Shown piece by piece: positions 28,028-35,626 of a stretch of DNA of 64,000 nt (position 1 is its first letter; the number at the start of each line of letters is the position of its first letter). The translations under genes and the position numbers were made by a program. This DNA comes from a virus. Below the pieces are notes generated by a model. It was not told where the DNA came from. It saw nothing but the letters and a program-made list of their open reading frames with translations, and made no database searches. The stretch lies in the IMG/VR virus record IMGVR_UViG_3300042691_030776; one strand, 5' to 3'.

Positions 28028-29089
28028 CTAAACCCGATTCAGCTGGGTAACCAAAAAATCTAGTATGTTTTTTTCTACGTTACCTGAGTGAAACCAATGA
28101 TAGTTGTGTTCTATCTGGAACCGATTGGTTTGCCACCAGGCTTGCGGATCGTGAGCGTGTTCTCTAACGCAGTCTACTATCATCTCCAGCCGGGTCTGTA
28201 TGTTGTACTTGAGATCATAGCTGTCGTCAAAGGTATAAAATCCCAGTTCTTTCAACCACGAAGCTGTGCCAGGAGCACCTGCTATCAAAAACAACTGTCC
28301 TGCGGCAATGGGTTTCCAAATCTTCTCGCTGGTAAAACTAAACACCGCAGATGTTTCTGTGACTATGTTGCACCATGAGTCCTGATAGGCAGGATGATTG
28401 ATTGTATGATCATTGATGCCTTGTTGTTCATACTCCCAGGCCAGTGGAAAATCTCCCAGGCTTTCGATGCACTGACTGTATAACTCTTGACTCACAAAGT
28501 TTTTTATATTTCTATAGTGATGCGCTGTCATCTTAAATCCTTGATAGGGACAACGATCATAGTAACTATAGACAAACTGATCTAACAGCCCTGCCTGTTT
28601 GAGCATGGTATACAGGATCAATCTGTGGAAGGTGGGATTCCTGTTGAGGCAGCTAAACCCATGCTTTCGACTACCAAAGTTGGCCTCAGGCAAGGGTTGC
28701 TTTTTAAAAACAAACAACCAGCTGGGATAGTTTATTTCTTGTAAATGCTTGTGTGGTCTTAGATCAAACTGGCTCATGCTAAGATAGGTTTTCAATCCTT
28801 TGGTCTGAGCAAAGCGATCAAGTACAATCACTTTTTCATTGTAATCTGTTACAGGATCTTGTGTGCCATCAAATATAACCTGTTGATATTTGATCATGCT
28901 GGCCGACGCTCTGTCTAACACGTCTGATGCATAGGTTTCTAACTCTGAGGCTGGCACCAGATTGATGTCAATGACTAGTGTGGGTACGTGAACGTGCTTC
29001 AGCAGTGGTTCGTAGTGCTGTTTGGGGTTGTTTTCAACAAAGTCAAACTCAGCAGTGTTAAAGTTGTAGCGCCAATGCAGATCTTGCAT
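28028..29089 (-). CDS. glycosyltransferase-like protein (GT10/GT-B-type C-terminal motif)
   Basis: FSCLNR..HR and NIVTET....TSEKIWKPI...F...G...LKELGF motifs; start moved to the ATG at 29089 to avoid overlap with the upstream gene. Confidence 0.5.
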   Translation of the reverse strand: MQDLHWRYNFNTAEFDFVENNPKQHYEPLLKHVHVPTLVIDINLVPASELETYASDVLDRASASMIKYQQVIFDGTQDPVTDYNEKVIVLDRFAQTKGLKTYLSMSQFDLRPHKHLQEINYPSWLFVFKKQPLPEANFGSRKHGFSCLNRNPTFHRLILYTMLKQAGLLDQFVYSYYDRCPYQGFKMTAHHYRNIKNFVSQELYSQCIESLGDFPLAWEYEQQGINDHTINHPAYQDSWCNIVTETSAVFSFTSEKIWKPIAAGQLFLIAGAPGTASWLKELGFYTFDDSYDLKYNIQTRLEMIVDCVREHAHDPQAWWQTNRFQIEHNYHWFHSGNVEKNILDFLVTQLNRV

Positions 29090-29097
29090 GGCAATAC

Positions 29098-29463
29098 TTA
29101 TACTGCTTGATTGTTGTGTACGTAACTCCAGCGATTGTTGGTTGTGTCCCAAAATGCCATCATACCGTTGGGATCACTGCCTTGAGCACTGTCGCTGATG
29201 CAGATGGCCTGTCCTATGGAACCTGACAGGTTGGCAGCCGCGGCCGCTGTGTACACAGGAAATATTGACACAGCAGGGGACCAAACCTGTGTTAAGTTGC
29301 CCGTGGCATTGCCAATATAAACATTGCTGGTGATTTGATCCACTGTGAACTCAGCAGGTCTGGCGTAGCCATCATAGTTGGCCAAAGACTCTTGTGCATT
29401 GTCTTTCATCACTGTACGACTGATACCAGTGATGTCTGAATATGGTGGGGGTGGGTTAGCCAT
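29098..29463 (-). CDS. small structural-type protein
   Basis: 121 aa; C-terminal FPVYTAA...GQAICISD...MAFWD...W resembles the C-terminus of the 634-aa fibre. Confidence 0.65.
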   Translation of the reverse strand: MANPPPPYSDITGISRTVMKDNAQESLANYDGYARPAEFTVDQITSNVYIGNATGNLTQVWSPAVSIFPVYTAAAAANLSGSIGQAICISDSAQGSDPNGMMAFWDTTNNRWSYVHNNQAV

Positions 29464-29596
29464 TTGTTTTTACTGTCAAGTTATGTGCTACTGGTGGTGG
29501 CAGTGTCTGTGGAACTACATGTCCTATGGGATTACCCACTGGAGGATTTGGTCTGGGTGCTGGTGTTCCTAATCCAAAGTTGATGCGTGAAATCAT
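29456..29596 (-). CDS. 46-aa Pro-rich small ORF (MISRINFGLGTPAPRPNPPVGNPIGHVVPQTLPPPVAHNLTVKTNG), not in the ORF track
   Basis: ATG 5 nt after late promoter GCTAAATA; fills the gap exactly; its stop overlaps the next start (ATGGCTAA). Confidence 0.6.
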   Translation of the reverse strand: MISRINFGLGTPAPRPNPPVGNPIGHVVPQTLPPPVAHNLTVKTNG

Positions 29597-29601
29597 GATA
29601 A

Positions 29602-29641
29602 TATTTAGCGGCCAAACAAAAACCCGCCGAAGCGGGTTTTT
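29602..29641 (-). terminator. intrinsic terminator after the major capsid gene (29618-29641), then late promoter GCCGCTAAATA (29602-29612)
   Basis: AAAAACCCGC-TTCG-GCGGGTTTTTGTTT with a cUUCGg tetraloop. Confidence 0.85.
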
Positions 29642-29665
29642 GAACTTCCTTGATCCAGTGTTGGA

Positions 29666-30862
29666 TTAAGAGAATGACAAGTTAGAAACAGCAATCTCAC
29701 CAACATAGTCACCGGCGTTACCGAATGAAGATGCTGTGTTTGTGAGTTCGATGTAGCCGTAACGTGTCATGAACGATACGACTGGCTCGAATGTGCTTGG
29801 ATCCAGCACAACACCGCTTGACATCAATGGGATGTATGGGCAGTAGAATGCGGCTGCATCAGTTTCGCTTGCGCCTTTGTAACCAACCAACACAGGTGTG
29901 CTGTCGTTAGCATAGCTATCGCAGAACACACGCATAGCGCCGTTCAATGTACCAACAAACTTGGTGTTTGTAGGTGCTTCGAATGTGCCTTCTGTGGTGC
30001 GGGCAAAAGCAGAAGTTGTTGCTGACTGGAGTACAGTCAATGAAGCTGGGGATACAACAGCCCAGTTACCAGCGCCACGACGTGTACGCTGAGCGATCAA
30101 GTTAGCAACACGGTTGATTAGAACTGCCAAAGCGGCGTGTTCGTCACCAACGAATGTAGCTGTACCTGAAACGGTAGCTTGGTTGTATGTAAACTCAGTT
30201 GATGCCAAGGTGCGGAGCGACAAGAGAATCTCTTGGTCGATTTCAGCTGTGATTTCTTGAGCTAAAGCAGCCATGATTTCTGCTTCAATATCAATACCGT
30301 GCATAGCTTGTGCATCTTGTGCGGCTTCAAATGTCCAACGAGCTTGTAGCTTACGTGTCTTTGCTTCGACAGCTTGCTTCAAGATCTGTACGCTGATTTG
30401 CTTACCACCGTTACCTTCGAGGGTAGCAGTAGCGGCACCAGTGTAGTTAGATGCTGTACCAGCATCTTTGGTCACTGTTGAGTATGCCTGAGCAATCTTG
30501 AATGGGCTCAGTGCTTCTTCACCAGCTGTAACTGATGTTTGTGCGGCTGAGTTGTCTGTCAAGCTCTGTGCATAACGTACACGCAATGTGTGGATTTGGC
30601 CTACTGGACCTGTCATTGGCTGAACGCCAACCAACTCGTTAGCGATAACGGTTGGCATAACACGTCGGATAACTGGCAGAATCACACGGTTAAGTGTGGC
30701 GATGTTGCCAGATACAGTAGAACCAGCACTTGCGTTCTCTTTCAAATACTTACGGGTGTTTTCGAGTACGACACCCATTGTGTTGCGGCGAGCACCTTGC
30801 AAACCTTCCATGAGGGCTTCTTTGGTCTCATCCCAACGGCTTTCTAGTAGTTCTTGTGACAT
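29666..30862 (-). CDS. gp23: major capsid protein (gp23-like)
   Basis: VIRRVMPTVIANELVGVQPMTGPVGQI, KTRKLQARWT.EAAQD, EITAEIDQE and FYCPYIPL motifs; true start MSQELLESRW at 30862 with SD AAGGAG. Confidence 0.95.
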   Translation of the reverse strand: MSQELLESRWDETKEALMEGLQGARRNTMGVVLENTRKYLKENASAGSTVSGNIATLNRVILPVIRRVMPTVIANELVGVQPMTGPVGQIHTLRVRYAQSLTDNSAAQTSVTAGEEALSPFKIAQAYSTVTKDAGTASNYTGAATATLEGNGGKQISVQILKQAVEAKTRKLQARWTFEAAQDAQAMHGIDIEAEIMAALAQEITAEIDQEILLSLRTLASTEFTYNQATVSGTATFVGDEHAALAVLINRVANLIAQRTRRGAGNWAVVSPASLTVLQSATTSAFARTTEGTFEAPTNTKFVGTLNGAMRVFCDSYANDSTPVLVGYKGASETDAAAFYCPYIPLMSSGVVLDPSTFEPVVSFMTRYGYIELTNTASSFGNAGDYVGEIAVSNLSFS

Positions 30863-30887
30863 AATGTCTCCTTCTTCCTTCCTAAGA

Positions 30888-31976
30888 TTAAAGCCCTGCC
30901 AGGCGTTTGAGGTCAATCACATTACTGCGATCTTCCGCTACAACCTTTGCAGATTTATCACCAGTGACTTCAGTAACACTCTCAGCAATCACTGTTTTGG
31001 CTTTTGCTGGTTTGTTATCTGCGAGCACAGCTGGCAAATACTTTTCGAAAGCGTTCTTTAAACGGGATGTTTGAACGTTTTCTAAGAGATTCTTCATAAC
31101 TCCTGCCTTTTCCTCATTGAGAGGTCCCAGCAGTTCGTCCATGAGCTTGGCTCGCTCATTGGATTCACGGATTATTCGAATCTCACGATCCTTTGATTCA
31201 ACGAGGGTCTTAGCCTTCTCGGTGATCTTGATGGCTTCAGCCAACTTTTGATCTTTGGTAGCGATCACGCTGTTGAGTTTTCGGATTTCTGCGTTCTCAT
31301 TGAGGTGAGTTGCACCGAATTCAGCGGCGTATGCTTCAAAGATACGACGACCAAAGTTGTTCTCTCGAGCAACTTTAATGTCTTCGTGGAGTTGACTAAG
31401 TTCAGCCTTGAGATGCTTGGCTACAGATTTGCTCATTTTGTCAGCAGATTCTTTTACAAATCTTGCTTTCAATGTCTCAAGCTGTTTGCGAGCTTCACGA
31501 ACTAGACGGACTTTGGTTTCCACCGCGTCTTTCTTGTCCTGTGCAAACTCACGGATTTCTTGAGCAAGAGCTTTCACAACGAAACCTTCAAGTTTATTGA
31601 TTGATTCTGTGTGAACTTTACGATCCTTACGCAGTTCGCCAATCTCTTCAGCAAGTTTAGAAACCATAAAGTCGTTAAACTTTGTAGCTGATTCCTTCAT
31701 CTTGACATTGAACTTGACGCGATCTTCCGCCAATGCTTGCTTTTCAGCTTGCACAGCTTGGATCTCTGCGGCGAGACCTTCTGTTACCATGCGATCTAGG
31801 GCTTCCACCATCACTTGTTTGTCATGCTCATAGCGTTGTGCAAACTCTTCTCTGAGTTCTGCACGTACCACCTCACGAGCTTCGTTCAGCTTGGCTTCCC
31901 ATTGTTCGGAAATAGCTGTACGAGTTTCCTCGTTGATTAGGTCGCTATCTAGTAACGGTTTGATGGCATCTAGCAT
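30888..31976 (-). CDS. prohead scaffold/core protein (gp22-like)
   Basis: 362-aa Glu/Lys/Ala coiled coil between the protease and major capsid genes. Confidence 0.8.
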   Translation of the reverse strand: MLDAIKPLLDSDLINEETRTAISEQWEAKLNEAREVVRAELREEFAQRYEHDKQVMVEALDRMVTEGLAAEIQAVQAEKQALAEDRVKFNVKMKESATKFNDFMVSKLAEEIGELRKDRKVHTESINKLEGFVVKALAQEIREFAQDKKDAVETKVRLVREARKQLETLKARFVKESADKMSKSVAKHLKAELSQLHEDIKVARENNFGRRIFEAYAAEFGATHLNENAEIRKLNSVIATKDQKLAEAIKITEKAKTLVESKDREIRIIRESNERAKLMDELLGPLNEEKAGVMKNLLENVQTSRLKNAFEKYLPAVLADNKPAKAKTVIAESVTEVTGDKSAKVVAEDRSNVIDLKRLAGL

Positions 31977-31985
31977 GCGTTTCTC

Positions 31986-32609
31986 CTAAATCTTGAGATC
32001 TTTGATCAAGCGAGTTACCTCGTCTCTCAAATACCTCTGTACCTTGCTGTCCTCACCAGCATCTTTGGCCATTTCTAACACTCGATGACCATATTTCATG
32101 TTCATCAGTCCTTCGTAAACAGCTTGGGGATATGCGTTGGGCGCACTGGGTTGGGCAACAACATCGACAGTGACGATTTCAAAGTCACTGACTTGTCCAT
32201 TGGCCTCGTTAACGTTTCCGCTACCGCGACTTGAAACTCCTAACTTCACACCACTCTCTAACATGGTGCGTACCAAATTACCCATTGGTGTGGGAAGAAT
32301 CTTTAACTTACCAAATCCGTTAGGACCATCCATCCACATATTAACTATCATGTGGCTGCAACGATCTAAGTTGATTTTAAGGTCATCTGGGTGATCTACT
32401 TCGCCAAGAACTGAATGTCCTTCGTCGATCTGTTTGTTCAGTGTTGTCACTGCACGTTCAATCTCGCTCACAGGATACACACGCTCATTGGCGTTTTTGA
32501 CTCCACCTTGGATGCAGATACCTTTCATATAAAGGTCCTTACCATCGACGCCCTCAACAACTATGCGAGCGGCGTCGAAAGTAAGGTGTTCTCTTAGGTA
32601 ACGAGCCAT
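31986..32609 (-). CDS. gp21: prohead protease (gp21-like)
   Basis: KNANERVYP, LGEVDHP, GVSSRGSG and DVVAQPSAPNA motifs. Confidence 0.92.
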   Translation of the reverse strand: MARYLREHLTFDAARIVVEGVDGKDLYMKGICIQGGVKNANERVYPVSEIERAVTTLNKQIDEGHSVLGEVDHPDDLKINLDRCSHMIVNMWMDGPNGFGKLKILPTPMGNLVRTMLESGVKLGVSSRGSGNVNEANGQVSDFEIVTVDVVAQPSAPNAYPQAVYEGLMNMKYGHRVLEMAKDAGEDSKVQRYLRDEVTRLIKDLKI

Positions 32610-32627
32610 AACCTTGAACTGAACCTA

Positions 32628-33470
32628 TTAGTAAGGGCTCTTGGTGTTAACACCAGTGGCCTGTGCTAAATGTGGCTTGGTAGCAGGACTCTGCTTGACT
32701 GTGCTCTTTGCAGGAGCATTTTGAACTTCACCAGTCATCATATCCTTGGCTGTAGGAGCTGGGCGACCTTTTTCGTCAGCACCGTGACTCATTACAGGCT
32801 TGCCATCCATGCCTTTTGCACCGCTGTTGGCAGCAACAGTAGACTTCTTGTTGATATTACCTTCTTCTGACTTAACAGGAGCAGGAGCGGCTTTTAAGTT
32901 GATGGCTTCTTCTAGCTCGGTGCCTTCCATGGTCTCAATCTCTGAGTCCATTTCTTCTTCACCGCCAGGGCCCATGCCGTCGGTTTCGATGTCATCGCTA
33001 CCAACTTCAATGTCCATTTCGTCTTCGCCTTCTTGGCCATCGTCGCCCATTAGAGCTTCAAATTCTGCCATGAGTTCGTCGAGTTTGTCTTCTAGATCAA
33101 CTACACGATCTTCTAGATCGCCACCTTCTTCGTCGGCCATTCCGCCTTCGTCATCGCCTTCCATTGAAAGGCCTTGTTCTTCAGTTTCGATGTCATCGAT
33201 CAATGAATCGGCTTGATCGCCGCCCATTTCGTCCATGCCTTCGAAACCTTCTTCGAGATCTTCGTCTTCCTCGAGTTCTTCACCTTCTTCAAGGTCCTCG
33301 TCTTTGGCTTCTTCAAGATCTTCGTCTTTGGTTTCTTCAATTTCTTCTTCGGCCATCAGTTCTTCGTAGATACCGCGGCTTTTTTCAACAACGATCTCGT
33401 GGAAAAGATCGCGAGCTTTTTGCTCTTCGTCGTTAATGACGTATTCAATGAGCTGTTCAAATTTATTCAT
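32628..33470 (-). CDS. highly acidic prohead core-type protein
   Basis: Asp/Glu-rich; probable start MNKFEQL at 33470 with SD GGAGGA; late promoter CGTAAATA at 33502-33509. Confidence 0.7.
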   Translation of the reverse strand: MNKFEQLIEYVINDEEQKARDLFHEIVVEKSRGIYEELMAEEEIEETKDEDLEEAKDEDLEEGEELEEDEDLEEGFEGMDEMGGDQADSLIDDIETEEQGLSMEGDDEGGMADEEGGDLEDRVVDLEDKLDELMAEFEALMGDDGQEGEDEMDIEVGSDDIETDGMGPGGEEEMDSEIETMEGTELEEAINLKAAPAPVKSEEGNINKKSTVAANSGAKGMDGKPVMSHGADEKGRPAPTAKDMMTGEVQNAPAKSTVKQSPATKPHLAQATGVNTKSPY

Positions 33471-33541
33471 AAGATTCCTCCAAAGTAATGGCTCTGTGTG
33501 ATATTTACGACACACGGTAAAATCTATGTGGTTTATGGGGT

Positions 33542-33570
33542 AAAAGTGGTAGAAAATGAACTTTCTACCA
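33542..33570 (-). terminator. terminator-like hairpin after the 72-aa gene
   Basis: TGGTAGAAA-GTTCAT-TTTCTACCA-CTTTT. Confidence 0.55.
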
Positions 33571-33584
33571 AGATAAGACCTGCG

Positions 33585-33803
33585 TTACAGAGGTGGCGCG
33601 GCAGGGGGCATGTACTGACGTTTGACGTCTTTGAGTTTTTCCTTATACTCAAATGTGCGCACATCGTTCATCCTGCGCAGTTTGTTTATCTGGCGCAGTG
33701 TGAGTTTTGTCTTGCGTAGTTGCCCAAGCTGAGGCTGTGAGTTATCATCTTCGACATCTTGATAACCCGCAGGATCTTTGTGGAAAAACTCAAGTAGCAA
33801 CAT
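33585..33803 (-). CDS. small head-module protein (hypothetical)
   Basis: 72 aa; RKTKLTLRQINKLR; ATG 7 nt after TAAATA (33811-33816). Confidence 0.7.
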   Translation of the reverse strand: MLLLEFFHKDPAGYQDVEDDNSQPQLGQLRKTKLTLRQINKLRRMNDVRTFEYKEKLKDVKRQYMPPAAPPL

Positions 33804-33816
33804 AGTGTATTATTTA

Positions 33817-35610
33817 TTAGATCGTGGGCAGAGGAGCGGCCACACCGCCTGCAGGTGATACCCCACCCGGAGCAGGAGCGCCTGGCGCTATGGCACCTGG
33901 AACAGCAATACCGCCTTCGGGTGCGCCACCAGCGGCAGCAACTTCTTCACCAGCGCCAAGATCGGATTCAATATCAGCAGGACTGATGCCCACTGAACGC
34001 AGATCTTGACCGCTTTGTGTTTGCAGTTCGGGTTGATCGCGCTCTTCTTTCCAAAGCTGTTCGTTATCATTGATCTCTTCTTCAGATAGTCCAAGATACC
34101 GCTTCATCAAGAAACGCTTGCTCATGTACGGCAGTTGTTCTAGACCTTGGAATGCTGTCATCCTTGTGGTATCTAGTTCTGCTTGGCGATAAGAAGCAAA
34201 GTTTTGTGGTGGTGCAAACGTGATATTAAACAGGCTTGCATCAATGTTAAAGCCTCTCCAGCGCAGGAACATCTTGAACTCGTCATCTAGTTTCTGACAA
34301 ATTTGTCGTTGTAAACGCTCGCAGTACTGGTTAAAACGATATTCTTGTATCAGTGCTGTGCCCACACGCCCGTCATTCATGGGACGGTCTGAGTCATCTG
34401 GTCCCGTGGGCAAGTAACTGCTTGGCACACGCAGGCCACGACACATCTTGTTGTTAAAGTATTTTAAGTCGTCAATCTCACCCAAATTCTGCCCACCTTG
34501 CAGTGTGGTCACGTCTGATCCGCGACCTTCGGCTGTTTGTGGAAAGAAATAGTCTTCGTTGATACTCAATGGGTTGTAAGTAGTGTCAAGTACATTTTCT
34601 CTGCCACCAGTGTTTGATGGTATCCTGCGCTGATGTATTTCGTTTTTCACACGCTCAACAAACTGCATGGCCAGGTGGCTGGGCATGTTGCCCACGTCAA
34701 TCTTGAAAATCCTGCGCTCTGGAGCACGTGATATGCGATAGATCAAGATGGCATCTTCCAGCAGTTCTTTCTGCTTGAATACCTTGAAAATCATCTCTAG
34801 AATGCTTTGCCCAAATGGCCAATAGTAATCTAATCCTTCAGACAGACTGAGATGTATCACATGTTTGGCATCAATGCAGGTTTCATTCACTGAACGTTGG
34901 AAACGACTCTGTCCCGACGAGTTGGGTGCGTTGGGTGCGGTGTAGTTGTAAGGAGCTGAATACCCGCCCGAAGGAGGTTGTGTGTTATAATCGTTGGTGG
35001 TCTTGGCTGCAATGGCCAGACTCTGGAAGTTGGGATTGATGTCACGTATCACATACTGCTCAGGACGCTTGCCTTCTGATTCATTGACGATCACACGAGC
35101 AACTTTGGTCATGTCTACCCAGAACATTTCAAAGGTTTCTGGATCACGCACAAACACCTGATCGCCGTACTTGAGAACGTTGCGGAACATCTTGAATATA
35201 CGATTGTCAAACTTATTGAGTTTGACCCACTGCTGTAGCTGTTTCTTGATGATTTCCACCTCGTGATCAGTGGGCTTGTCAGTAAAGTTTACTTCAAATG
35301 GTGTGTTGTTAGATTCGCAGGTCTGGGTAGAAAATTCTGCCAGGATGTCCAGGCAGGCATTGATTTCTGAGTCGCCATCCATGTTTTCGTATTGATTGTA
35401 GCGTTCCATACGATTGGGATGGCCCACATAGACCTCAGGCAGTCTGCTGGCATAGTTGCGGAAGGCAAACTCTGTTTGTGCTTGACCATCTGTTCCAAAA
35501 CCTGTACCGTAGTTTGGTCCGCGAGGAATATTGCCCGAAATAGGGCTCATCTGGCCAGCTGTGTTAGCTACCTTGAAATATTTTTTCCAACCTTTTTTGT
35601 CTTCTGCCAT
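33817..35610 (-). CDS. gp20: portal protein (gp20-like)
   Basis: LLEDAILIYRISRAPERRIFKIDVGNMP, EDYFFP...GRGS and LGEIDDLKYF motifs; ATG 7 nt after TAAATA (35618-35623). Confidence 0.95.
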   Translation of the reverse strand: MAEDKKGWKKYFKVANTAGQMSPISGNIPRGPNYGTGFGTDGQAQTEFAFRNYASRLPEVYVGHPNRMERYNQYENMDGDSEINACLDILAEFSTQTCESNNTPFEVNFTDKPTDHEVEIIKKQLQQWVKLNKFDNRIFKMFRNVLKYGDQVFVRDPETFEMFWVDMTKVARVIVNESEGKRPEQYVIRDINPNFQSLAIAAKTTNDYNTQPPSGGYSAPYNYTAPNAPNSSGQSRFQRSVNETCIDAKHVIHLSLSEGLDYYWPFGQSILEMIFKVFKQKELLEDAILIYRISRAPERRIFKIDVGNMPSHLAMQFVERVKNEIHQRRIPSNTGGRENVLDTTYNPLSINEDYFFPQTAEGRGSDVTTLQGGQNLGEIDDLKYFNNKMCRGLRVPSSYLPTGPDDSDRPMNDGRVGTALIQEYRFNQYCERLQRQICQKLDDEFKMFLRWRGFNIDASLFNITFAPPQNFASYRQAELDTTRMTAFQGLEQLPYMSKRFLMKRYLGLSEEEINDNEQLWKEERDQPELQTQSGQDLRSVGISPADIESDLGAGEEVAAAGGAPEGGIAVPGAIAPGAPAPGGVSPAGGVAAPLPTI

Positions 35611-35626
35611 AGTGCTATATTTACCG

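Noticed and set aside
30863-30916. ORF-track N-terminal extensions of the capsid gene (also at 33471-33515, 45048-45083 and 29090-29152)
   Set aside because: They overlap upstream genes or promoter motifs; downstream starts fit better, three of the four with clear SDs
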